Below are positions 1 through 10,649 of a DNA stretch of 64,000 nucleotides, piece by piece (within the stretch, counting starts at the first letter, position 1; each line of letters starts with the position of its first letter). The DNA comes from Malacoraja senta (taxonomy: Eukaryota). The position numbers and the translations under genes were made by a program. The stretch is from contig CM075988.1 of NCBI GenBank assembly GCA_038087875.1, positions 4,340,001-4,404,000 on the forward strand. The letters are read 5' to 3'. Below the pieces are notes generated by a model, which saw nothing but the letters and a program-made list of their open reading frames with translations, was not told the DNA's origin and made no database searches.

Positions 1-636
1 CCTCTATCTGGGGGGTTACATGAGTCTCACTGAGGATGCTTGGCCGGCGAACTGGCAGGAGTTGGAGACGAAAGTGGTTGCCCGGCTGGGGCGCTGGTTG
101 GGCCTGCTTGGAGTTCTTTCCTTTCAGGGGAGGGGTGATGGTCATAAATCAGCTGGTGGCCTCCATGTTATGGTACCGGCTGGCTACTCTTGTCCCACCT
201 TCCATATTTGTAAATGCTCTTCAGAAGAAGCTGGTAGATTTCTTCTGGGGAAATAGGAAGCACTGGGTCTCTGCAGCGGTCCTGAGTCTCCCGTTAGAGG
301 AGGGCGGCCAGTCCTTGGTATGCGTGCGTACCCAGGTGGCGGCTCTCCGTCTCAGGACTCTGCGGATATATATGTATGTAGAGAACCCCCCCAGATGGCA
401 CGCTCTGGCCACGTATTTTTTCGTCGGGGTCATTGCCTAGGGGGGTCTCGCGGCTCCCGGTGGCGGGCATCAGTCGACCCGCCCTAAGGGGTTTGCCTGT
501 TTTCTACTGGGATGTGATCAGAGTGAGGAATTTGGCTGTTTTCAGCCAGCGTGTTGCTCCACGAGGGGAGGGGGATGGTGAGGCTGCGGGAGTGGCCGGT
601 CCTCGCCCAGTCATGGCGAGTGTCGAGGAGAGGCTT
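1..636 (+). mobile_element. Tx1-clade (L1-Tx1) LINE ORF2 fragment, frameshifted, runs off window start
   Basis: Frames give NWQELETKVVARLGRW / VINQLVASMLWYRL / FFWGNRKHWVSAAVLSLPLEEGGQ, typical of the post-RT region of Tx1 ORF2. Confidence 0.8.
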
Positions 637-995
637 CCTTGAATCCAAGTTGAAAGAACTCTGAAGTCATTGAAAGGGAGATACAGATTTACAAGAGTTT
701 TCTGTAAAGTGTACATTTGCTCTGACTGGTCCCTCACCTGACCCTTGCCTGCTGGAAACCAGTGCACCATCTACAAGGTTGTGCGTTTACCGTTTGAACA
801 ACTTTTGCTGGAATTTTCCACCAACTTTCAGCCCGCATATTCGATCTGCTTTCTCTGGAATTTTCCACAATTTAAAAAAAAATGTTGGACCCCCTCATGG
901 CCAGTTTCAATCCAATTTCAACCCTAAAATTGAGGTTGGAAACTGACGGTTTTATACCTTTCCTTTACAATTGTCTTTGGGGGGAGAGGGAGAGG

Positions 996-1028
<33 letters not shown>

Positions 1029-1030
1029 GG

Positions 1031-2066
1031 AGCGCCAGGCTGCGGTGCTGGTCAGGCCTGCTTGGAGTTCTTTCTTTTCAGGGGAGGGTGCTGGTCATAA
1101 ACCAGCTGGTGGCCTTCATGTTATGGTACCGGCTGGCTACTCTTGTACCGCGGGTGTCGAGGAGAGGCGAGCGCCTAGAGTGGTTCTGACTGAGCTTTCA
1201 CCCACTCCGTCAGATCTGCTCATCGGGCCTAGGCTCCGGGATATTTCTCGGGGTGCCGGCTCCACACAACCTGAGCCGCCTTGCTGAGATGATCAGCATA
1301 CCGTTTCGTGATGCGAAGAGACGCACACTGTATCGGATGTTCCTGCACATTCTGCACCTCCTTGCCTTCGTTTTCCGTCCTGACACACCTTGGTGGACGG
1401 TGTTACCACCTGAAGGCGGGGGGAGGTCCCCCGGTGGGGGTCCTTCTATAAGGGAGTTGTCCCCCTTTACATTGGGGACCTGGGGTGGAGACTGTTGCAC
1501 AGAGCGGTGGTTTGTAATAAACGAGTAGGTTCACGGGATCGTCCGCCGCGTGTATTTTCTGTGGCGAGGAAGAGACCGTGTTCCACGTATACATGGAGTG
1601 TGCGAGGTTACTGCCCCTGTACCAATATCTGAAGGGGTTGTTCCTTAAGTTCTGGTTGCATTTTAGTCCCATGATTCTAGTGTGTGGGCATAAGTTAGGG
1701 TGTGGGGGAGAGCCAAGTGGGGGGGGTGGGACCTCCCTGTCGGTTTGCTCCTGGGCCTGGCCAAGATGGCCATTCGTGGGTCCAGGCAGTGGGCGGTCGA
1801 TGGTGAGGCTAGAGTTGGCTGCCTGCCCCTCTTCCGGGCGTACGTCCATGCACGCGTGTCCCTGGAGCGGGAACATGCGGTGTCCACGAGGACTCTGGAG
1901 GCCTTCCGTGGGCGCTGGTCACCACATGGGGTGGAGAGTATAGTAAATAATGAATGTACTGTTGTACTATAATGATTTGTTTTGATATAATGTATCTTTT
2001 GATTATGTATTGATGTGTTGTATCATTGAGTGTGTCGAATAAAGTTTTTGAAAAGTAAAAAAAAAG
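1031..2066 (+). mobile_element. 5'-truncated, internally deleted Tx1-clade LINE with intact 3' end, flanked by (GA)n
   Basis: Starts with sequence similar to ~80-195; C-terminal zinc finger (CIFCGEEETVFHVYMECARL, ~1551-1610); AATAAA plus A-tail at ~2038-2066; (GA)n at ~984-1030 and 2066-2083. Confidence 0.85.
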
Positions 2067-2682
2067 AGAGAGAGAGAGAGAGATAATGTTTAAGGTTGGT
2101 GAACTGTGGTCATAAATTTTAACCATGGTTCTTTTTTTTGGAAAATTCTGCTGGAGTCTCCGATCAAAGAGAATAGTTTGACCTTTTTCCACGCCGTTTA
2201 TGGATAACTTCGCAGCAAACTACCACATCTATCTCCCGTCAGAAAATCTGGACATTGCCCTCAGTGGCATAACTGAGCCACTGTCAGCAGCAGAAAATTA
2301 CTCATTTATTGCCGCTTTCTAGTTTGCTCATTAAAATATCTTTAGGCTGTAATACACCATCCCCGTGAGCCCTTAAAAGACGTTTTGTGTGTTGCCTTTT
2401 CAAATGCAGATCCAATTATACTATACTCTGCTATGCCCTGCAAAAAAAAACTCTTATTAGATTTGTCATGCACAATTCCTCTTTGTAAAAGCATGTTGAC
2501 TCTGTCTAATCATATATAGCTTTTCAATTGTCCTGTTAACAATTCTACAAGAATGGAATATATTTATAGATTTTGGTCACGTATACAGTGTAATAAATAC
2601 AGTGAAAGATACAGATGCTTTGAGTGCTGTCCAGTCAAATTATACTATACATTAACACATTCATGTATACACATTAATGTAT

Positions 2683-2856
2683 TCAAGTGAGAGTTAGATA
2701 TACTGTAGCTCTTAGCTGATCAAGGGATCTGGGGAGAAAGCAGGGGCGGGGGTACTGATTTTGGATGATCAGCCATGATCATATTGGTCGAATTGCTAGC
2801 TCGAAGGGCCGAATGGTCTACTCTTGCACCTATTTTCTATGTTTCTATGTTTCTAT
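2683..2856 (+). mobile_element. CR1 LINE 3' tail fragment
   Basis: gaagggccgaatgg...(ttctatgt)n tail shared with other CR1 ends in the window. Confidence 0.75.
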
Positions 2857-3475
2857 TCAGGCCCATATACAACTACAACAGGTAGTGCAAAGAGAAAAAC
2901 ACCAGAGTGCAGAGTATAATGTGGTGACCATACATTTTCAGAGAAAGCGCAGGGTACAAACAATGCAAGGGCTGCAATGAGGTAGGTTGGGAGATGGGGG
3001 AGGTGACTGCAGGGAGGAAGCTGGTGCTGAATATGGTGGTTCGAGCTTCCAAGCCTTTGCATAATCTGCGGTTTCTTTCCAACTGACGTCAAGCCAACAG
3101 GAATGAATGAATGAATACTTTATTGTCACATGTGACAAGTTACAGTGAAATTCTTTGCTTGCATCCTCAAGGTGTGCAAATAGTCGCCACATGAAGGGCA
3201 CCAACAAAGTTACAACGTTTACAGTTGCCTCATTCCTTCGTTGTTCAATCCATGGTGCTATGTACTGTCTTCCAACCTTTTGGATCTGTTCCAGAATTAG
3301 GGTGTTCTGGAAGATCACTGCTAAACTATTCACTTTCGTGATTGCCAACCATTTTGTTACCAATGCTGCATTAATATTCAGAGTATTGTAACAGTTATTA
3401 ATTCCTTAATGTTTTTGTCTCATGTATCCCCCTGCCATTTCTGTTATGGTGAAAGCAAAATCAAATAGATATTTC

Positions 3476-3722
3476 AGAAACATAGAAACATGGAAAAAAG
3501 GTGCAGGAGTAGACCATTCGGCCCTTCGAGCTAGCACCACCATTCAATAAGATCAAGGCTGATCATCTAAAATCAGTACCCCCTTTCCTGCTTTGTCCCC
3601 ATATCCCTTGATTCCTTTAGCCCGAGAGCTAAATCTAACTCTCTCTTGAAAATATCCAGTGAATTGGCCTGCATTGCCTTCCTGTGGTAGAGAATTCCAC
3701 AGATTCAAAACTCTCTGGGTGT
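3476..3722 (-). mobile_element. CR1 LINE 3' end fragment
   Basis: Reverse complement encodes RVLNLWNSLPQ followed by the CR1 3' UTR. Confidence 0.75.
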
Positions 3723-4135
3723 TACAGTTTTTTGTCAGCTCTTTTTACTCATCTCTGAGGAAGGATGTACTGGCTCTGGAGTGGGTCCAGAGAAGGTTTA
3801 CAAGAATGATCCCAGGAATGAGTGGGTTAACATATGATGAGCGTTTGATGGAATTGGGCCTGTACTCGTTGGAGTTTAGAAAGATGAGGGGGGGACCTCA
3901 TTGAAACTTACAGAATAGTGAAAGGCTTGGATAGAGTGCATGTGGAGAGGATGTTTCCATTAGTGGGAGAGTCTAGTACCAGACGTCACAGCCTCAGAAT
4001 TAAAGGGCGTTCCTTTAAGAAGGAGATGAGGAAATGTTTATTTTGTCAGATGGTGGTTAATCTGCAAAATTATTTGCCGCAGAAGGCTGTGGAGGCCAAG
4101 TCAATTGATATTTTTAAGGCCAAGATAGATAGATT

Positions 4136-4276
4136 CTGAAGAAGGGTCTGAAGAAGGGTCTCGACCTGAAATATCACCATTCCTTCTCTCCAGAGATGCT
4201 GCCTGACCTGCTGAGTTACTCCTGCATTTTGTGTCTAAGTTCGATTTAAACCAGCATTTGCAGTTCTTTCCTACAC
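4136..4276 (+). mobile_element. Penelope-derived short repeat with degenerate hammerhead-like core
   Basis: ctgaagaagggtctcgacctgaaatatc...ctgagttactcc...cagttctttcctacac; flanked by atagatagatt / atagatatatt (probable TSD). Confidence 0.7.
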
Positions 4277-4708
4277 ATAGATATATTTTAATTCGGAGTC
4301 ACGTGAGTGATTCCGTGTAGAACCCCACCAGTCGGCATGCGCATCATTACGTCTGACGCATGGCGCTCATCCAGCAGTACGTTTAAAAAGCCTCAGGTAA
4401 GTGTCAAACTTAGTCGGAGGTCGTTTTTTCTGCGCTTGTTAAATCTTGTTACGGGAGGGCAAGTCCAAGCATGGAGAAATCGTTGCGAGCAAGGTGAGCC
4501 ATTGCGAAAGTAACTAAGGACCACGGGAGTGCGGGGTAGCGGGCGGCCGCCTAGTTCATCTACAGAGTAGCGCTAATAGTGAAACCAGCGACTGCAGACT
4601 TGGTGTCTGAGGGCACCGTGGCTGCGTCGGTGGGGCATAAAGCCACCAGGAAGTCTGTACGGCCGATAGACTCCGACGAGTCCGGTCGGGAGGGTTCCCC
4701 CTCCAAGA

Positions 4709-6229
4709 ATGGATACCGTGTTTGGTCGGTTATCCAGGATGGAGCTCCTAATGGAGGGGATAATCCATCAAGAGCGCCGGCCTCTCCAAGAGCCCGAGCT
4801 AGCAGCACCTACTACAGGGCTGCCTAATGTCTCCCTCTTGGAGGAGGAGAGCATAACGGGTCAGTATGAGTCTGACGCCGAGTCTGTGGGCTTAGAATTG
4901 GAGGCTGCCCCAAGGGACGAAGGGCACGAGCCAGAGGTCCCATTCCTGGCAGCAAGATTTGCCGTCCCGACAGATTCTGGAGAGCTGCTGGGTGAAGAAT
5001 TGGCTGCTACAATAAATTACTTGGCCTCACACCAGCTTCAGGAGCTGACCATGGACGCAACAGCTAGGAAATATGACACACCGGCTAATTGTATCCTGCT
5101 TAAAGTGCCGGCAGTAAACCATGCCATCTGGGGCCATATGGGAGTAGGCATCAGGGCGCAGGAGATGAAGCTGCAAAGGGTACTGAAGCTACTCGCTTCC
5201 GGCATTACGGCATTCGGGAGGTCAGTGGATGGTGGGCACCTGACTGAGCTTCAACAGGATGCCCTGGCTCTCATGTGCAATGTGCACTTTGAGATAAACT
5301 GCCTTAGAAAGAGCGCCATCCGCCCTACAATCAACCCAAAATTCACTGCCCTGTGTAAGCCTAGCAACGTCCAGCCACCAAATCTTTTGTTCAGGGAAGA
5401 CCTCGCTAAACGGGTGAAGGAGCTGGACGACGAGGCAAAGACCGTCGGGCTCATTAAGGTGCCAATGACCAGCAGAACCCTTCGGAGGCAGCACCCCTAC
5501 AAGCGGTTTGCCGAAACCGGGTCCGGGCAAGGACCAAGCCGGCCATTCAAGGTGCGCAGCTGGCGCACTCCAGCTGGAGGCATTTATTGTACCACCAAGC
5601 ATCACTTACATGTTCAGCTTCAGATAGACAACACCACGACAGTGGCGTATGTGAATCATATGGGTGGAATCAAGTCAGAATCTTGTAACAGATTGGCTAA
5701 CCTTATTTGGCATTGGTGCATTAAAATAAACATTTGGGTATCAGCTGTCTACTTGCCAGGCAGGTTCAACATGGTGGCAGACACCAGGTCACGCAAATTC
5801 AATGACAACACAGAATGGATGTTGAATCATGATGTATTTAATGATATTTTTGTTCGGTATGGGATGCCAGATATCGATTTGTTTGCATCCAGACTCAATC
5901 ACCAGGTACCGAAGTATGTTTCATGGGAACCAGACCCAGGGGCAGTAACGGTAGACGCTTTCGCGCTACATTGGGGCGGAGTGTTTATATATGCATTTCC
6001 TCCATTCTGCCTCATCAGTCGGTGCTTGACCAAGATCAAGCAGGACTCTGCTTCAGGTGTTTTGGTGGTGCCTGACTGGCCTGCACAGCCATGGTTCCCT
6101 CTCATTTCGGACATTATAACTCAACCTATTATGGTGGTTCCAAAATGTAATAACCTATTGGTGAACCCTGTGACTGGGGATCAACACCTGTTGTATGATC
6201 GTATTAATTTGTTAATTTGCAGGTTTTAA
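4709..6229 (+). CDS. DIRS Gag fused in frame to RNase H C-terminus and N6-adenine methyltransferase-like domain (506 aa)
   Basis: Gag-like KYDTPANC..LKVPAVN..IW; RNase H DNTTTVAYVNHMGG and YLPGRFNMVAD; MT motifs DLFAS, DAF, YAFPPF, VVPDWPAQPWFP; no RT motifs. Confidence 0.8.
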   Translation: MDTVFGRLSRMELLMEGIIHQERRPLQEPELAAPTTGLPNVSLLEEESITGQYESDAESVGLELEAAPRDEGHEPEVPFLAARFAVPTDSGELLGEELAATINYLASHQLQELTMDATARKYDTPANCILLKVPAVNHAIWGHMGVGIRAQEMKLQRVLKLLASGITAFGRSVDGGHLTELQQDALALMCNVHFEINCLRKSAIRPTINPKFTALCKPSNVQPPNLLFREDLAKRVKELDDEAKTVGLIKVPMTSRTLRRQHPYKRFAETGSGQGPSRPFKVRSWRTPAGGIYCTTKHHLHVQLQIDNTTTVAYVNHMGGIKSESCNRLANLIWHWCIKINIWVSAVYLPGRFNMVADTRSRKFNDNTEWMLNHDVFNDIFVRYGMPDIDLFASRLNHQVPKYVSWEPDPGAVTVDAFALHWGGVFIYAFPPFCLISRCLTKIKQDSASGVLVVPDWPAQPWFPLISDIITQPIMVVPKCNNLLVNPVTGDQHLLYDRINLLICRF

Positions 6230-7199
6230 GGAGGCCATACCTGGGTCTGGGACTATCCAATCGTACCGTGGATATCATCACATCGTCCTGGAGGGATAGT
6301 ACAAAAAAGCAGTACATCTCTCATGTCAGGAAATGGCAGGAGTTTTGTTTACAAGGGAACATTAGTTACCACACAGCTTCCATCCCAGATGTGTTAGAGT
6401 TTCTGTCCAAATTGTATTTTGATGAAGGGTTGAGCTATAGTGCCATCAATAGTGCCAGGATTGCTCTGTCATCGTACTTATGCTTGGGGTCAGAACTACA
6501 GTCTGTAGGATCTCATCCGTTAATATCCCGGTTTATGAAGGGTGTTTTTAATTCCAATCCCCCCCAGGCCTAGATATTCAGAAATCTGGGATGTGAGTGT
6601 GGTACTCACGCTGCTTCGTCAGTGGGGTCAAGCCACATCCTTGTCTTTGGTAAAGATTACCCTGAAGTTGGTCATGCTCATGGCGTTAGTGTCAGCGCAG
6701 AGGGTTCAGACTCTGCAGAAGTTGCGACTGGACAGGATGGTGTCATCTGGGAATGATGTTATGTTTTACATATATGATCTCATAAAACGGAGCAGACCAG
6801 GGGTGTCAGGATTCAAGCTTGTACTGTCAGCATATCCCACGGATTTACGACTGTGTGTAGTGGTGTACTTGCGATGGTATATCGAGATCACCAAGGGCCT
6901 CAGAGGCTTGGAAGTATCATTGTTTATTAGCCACAAAAAGCCACATAGGAAAGTGTCGGTTCAGACCATTTCAAGATGGCTGAAAAGTGCTGGTTTGTGC
7001 AGGAGTTAATACTGACAATTTTAAATCTCACTCCACCAGGGCGGCATCAACGTCAGCAGCGAGGGCAATGGACGTCCCTCTAGACCATATCCTCGCGGCC
7101 GCAGGATGGTCAAATGAACTGACATTTCACAGGTTTTATAATAAACCACTTATCGAAACCGGGGTGTTCGCCCATTCAATTTTAAGTTCTGTTTCATAG
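6217..7199 (+). pseudogene. DIRS tyrosine recombinase with two frameshifts
   Basis: Overlapping ORFs 6217-6573, 6542-7009, 6987-7199: STKKQY, SAQRVQTL, TISRWLK, HSTR, AAGWS, FHRFY (R-H-R-W-Y catalytic set). Confidence 0.9.
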
Positions 7200-7889
7200 C
7201 TTCCCCCTGCGAGAGAGGGGTCGCTATTGTATTTTTCTTTATTTAGTTTGTGAATTAAAGCATCAACATGTTAATCTGTACCATGTTTCACTGTATTGCT
7301 CATTATTCACTCCTCCTGAGTCAACTGTTGCAGTGTGAGACGCCTGGATTTGTATCTACGGCATGAAATCACAGAGCTTTGAAATCTTCATGGAATCACT
7401 CACGTGACTCCAAAGTAAAATAGTAAGATTAAATGAGAACTTACCAGTTTGAAGTTTGATCTTTATTTTATGAGGAGTTACGATGAGCGATTACGTGCCC
7501 ACCGTTCCCGGCCCTCAATATCATAAAGGTCAACTGGAAGGTCTGTTTTATATTCTTACCATGTTACTTCAGTTACTATTATCTGTAATTTCACACCGCT
7601 GCTTTGAAGATTGACGCGCATGCCGACTGGTGGGGTTCTTCACGTAATCGTTCATCGTAACTCCTCATAAAATAAAGATCAAACTTCAAACTGGCAAGTT
7701 CTCGTTTAATCTTACTATTCTTGATTAGTATGGGTGTCAGGGGTTATGAGGAGAAGACAGGAGAATGGGGTTAGGAGGGAGATATAGATGAGCCATGATT
7801 AAATGGCGGAGCAGACTTGAAGGGCCGAATGGCCTAAATCTTTTCCTATCACTTATGATCTTATGACCTTATGACCTGTTGTGCTGGTA

Positions 7890-8190
7890 GGAAATTGTAA
7901 AAGGTCGAGGTTCTCGTTGAGGTAGAAGTTGATATGCGCCATAATTATTCTCCCAAAGCTCTTCATCACCACGGATATTAGTGCCACCGGTCGATAATCA
8001 TTGAGGCACGTCACCTTACTCTTCTTGGACCCTCCATTATTGATGCCCTCTTAAAGCTGGTGGGAACCTCAGACCTCAGTAACTAGATGTTGAAGATGTC
8101 CGCAAATACTCCAGTCAGTTGGTCTGCATGGGTTTTAAGAACACAACCAGGTATATCATCATGGTCAGATTCTTTCCGAGGGTTCACCCC
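7890..8190 (-). mobile_element. Rex1/Babar LINE RT fragment
   Basis: Minus strand reads [24 protein letters not shown]. Confidence 0.7.
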
Positions 8191-9329
8191 CCCCCCCCCC
8201 ACCCATTGACCTCACATCCCCAACCTTTCTGTGGCAAAGAATTACACAGATTCACCACCCTCTGATTTGTGAAATTCCGCCTCTTCTCCTTCCCAAAGGA
8301 ACGTCCTGAGGCTGTGACGTCTCATCCTCCACTCTTCCCCTCATGGAAACATCCTCTCCACATCCACTCTGTCCTAGCCATTCACTATTCTGTATGGTTC
8401 AATCAGGAATATCTCCCTTGTCCTCCGATAAGGGTCTGTTGTGTGGATGTGCAGTCGTCCCTAACATTGTGGAGTCATATCTCATGGAAACAGGCCTTTA
8501 GGTCCACAAGGAGTGCACAAATAATCAAGAATCAATCAACATTAATTGCATTATTATTCCACCCTCCCTCCGTATTCTGGATCGAACTGAAAGCTTCTTT
8601 CTGAAAGTTCCTTAGGATAAAAGGTCAATGGCATAAAACTGAGATATGGACTAGCTTCTTCGGTGAGTGAGCTGTAAGTCTTAGGAATTCTCTATCTCAG
8701 AGATCTGCAAATGATCATTTACTGAGTAACTTTGAAGGTGAGGTTAATACACTTATGGATTCAACTGGAGATGGAGAGATACAGGGATCAAGCAAGAAAG
8801 TAGATAAGCTGAAGGATCAGCCATGATATCGAGTAGCTGAGCTGACAGCCCTTCTACTCTTCACATCTCATACATTCTTGTACTTAACGGTTTTTGTAAA
8901 AAATAACTTTTTGAGTTACGTGGAATATTCCTTATGTGGGTACTGAGTTGGTGGGAGGATAATGTTGGATCTTGTTCAGAATTTCAGATCTAACCAGCAA
9001 ATGTAAGATAACCAGTGGGAAACCTGCAGATGCTGGTTTACATGAAGGGAGACCAAAAATGCTGGAGTAACTCAGTGGAACAGGCAGCGTCTCTGGATAA
9101 AAGGAATGAGTAATGTTTCAGGTCGAGACCCTTTTTCAGACATAAGATGAAGGATGGCAACAAGATGACATAAAGCATACCTTCTTCTTGCTTTGGATAG
9201 GCTGCAGAAACATAGAAACATAGAAAATAGGTCATTCAGCCCTTCGAGCCAGCACCACCATTCAATATGATCACGGCAAATCAGTACCCTGTTCCTGCTT
9301 TTTCCCCATATCCCTGGATTCCTTTAGCC

Positions 9330-9473
9330 TTTCTTCTTCTTCTTGCGTATGGCGTGCCCAGCTTAAAGTAGTAGGACAACTTGTTCTATTGGATCTTGTT
9401 TGATTGTGCACATCAGGTTGATTGCATTCATCAAAACAGGGCAGACTACGTGAAGGTTGCAATCTCCCACCCC
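9330..9473 (-). mobile_element. 144-bp non-autonomous retroposon with (AAG)n tail and 9-bp TSD
   Basis: TSD cctttagcc at 9321-9329 and 9474-9482; tail appears as ttcttcttcttc on +; interrupts a CR1 tail. Confidence 0.8.
9420..9473 (-). ncRNA. Minimal HDV-like (delta) ribozyme fold, this copy probably inactivated
   Basis: P1 GGGGTGG/CTGCCCT, P2 GATTGCA/TGCAATC, P3 ACC/AGT (one mismatch), L3 TTCACGT, J4/2 TGAA (catalytic C position is T). Confidence 0.75.
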
Positions 9474-9511
9474 CCTTTAGCCCTAAGAGCCAGTGATCAT
9501 AGACTGCCACG

Positions 9512-9753
9512 GACCAGTGATCACCCCATACACTGGCGCTAGCCTACACACTGGGGGCAGTTTACAGAAGCCAATCAATCTACAAACCTATACGTCTTTG
9601 AAGTGTGGCAGGAAACCAGTCCACCCAGAGAAAACCCACGCGGTCACGGGGAGAATGTACAAACATCCGTACAGACCACACCTGTAGTCGGAATCGAACC
9701 AGGTCTTTGGTGCTGTAATGCCGCAACTCTACCGCCACACCACTGAGTCACCC
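9512..9753 (-). mobile_element. HE1/V-SINE-type tRNA-derived SINE
   Basis: tRNA-like A/B box head and shared core (tttgtacattctccccgtgacc...ggtttcct). Confidence 0.8.
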
Positions 9754-10649
9754 AAAGAGGCACAGTAGTAGGGGAAAGAACAGTTCTAACACTTGAGAAA
9801 CAATAGTTTTAATTTAAGGAACAAGTATATTCTAGATGTTCCCTACACAGTGCTATTTATCTTGGGAATAAAACTCTAACACTGACATATATAGTCAGTC
9901 TATCAATTCCAATCGAGGTAGAACATAATCTTTCCATCGGACAAGTCAGGGAGTCATATAGCACGGAAACAGGCCCTTTGGCCCAACTTGCCCATACCGA
10001 CCCATCTTCACTTGTCCCACTTGACTGCATTTGGTCCATATGCCTCTAAACCTTTCCTCTCTATGAACCTGTCTGAGAGTGTTGCACTTATTATAATTAA
10101 TATATTTCAACTTGCTGCTGGAATTTGTACAGTCTTGAAAGGACACAAAACAGTGAATACTTTATGGAAATGAAGGCTTCAATAAATGCAAAATGAAATG
10201 AAAATATACTGTCAAGTTGGACCAAATGGAGAACTTTAGATCAGTTTAAAAGGGAAATTATTTTTCAGTTTATTGGACTATAAATTCTCTCCTGGGTTTA
10301 TGAATATGATAAAATAGCAATATAGTAGGATATGAAATTTGGAATAGTGGAAGTGACTGAAGTTACAAAATATGAATAGCAAATGACACCACGAGAGGGG
10401 TTTAAGCTTGTTGTCTGATGTTGTTTAAGTTTGTTGTCAAGACAGTGTGAAAAGGTGGTCGGAGGAAATAGGTGGAATGCAGTGAAAAATAACAGCATAA
10501 AAAGCAGCGTTTAGTCAACAATAATTTGCTCGCCGAAGATAGACACCAAATACTGGAGTAACTCAGCGGGACAGGCAGCATCTCTGGAGAGACGGAATGG
10601 GTGACGTTTCGGGTTGAGACCCTTCTTCAGACCCGTAACGTCACCCATT

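Larger units (their letters stand above)
4286..7717 (+). mobile_element. DIRS1-type tyrosine-recombinase retrotransposon, RT-deleted (copy 1)
   Basis: Short ITRs 4314-4346 / 7612-7644; internal complementary region 7385-7497 matches both termini; Gag, RNase H/MT and YR ORFs present. Confidence 0.93.
3750..7870 (+). mobile_element. CR1 LINE 3' portion (3750-4136 and 7718-7870), split by a Penelope-derived repeat and a DIRS element
   Basis: LRKDVLALEWVQRRFTRMIPG...VVNL..LPQKAVEA...IDRF; sequence resumes at 7718 (ttcttgattagtatgggtgtcagg). Confidence 0.8.

Noticed and set aside
5580..7199. Phage-like adenine methylase plus integrase suggesting a prophage or bacterial contamination
   Set aside because: Both are normal DIRS1 domains within DIRS termini, nested in vertebrate repeats
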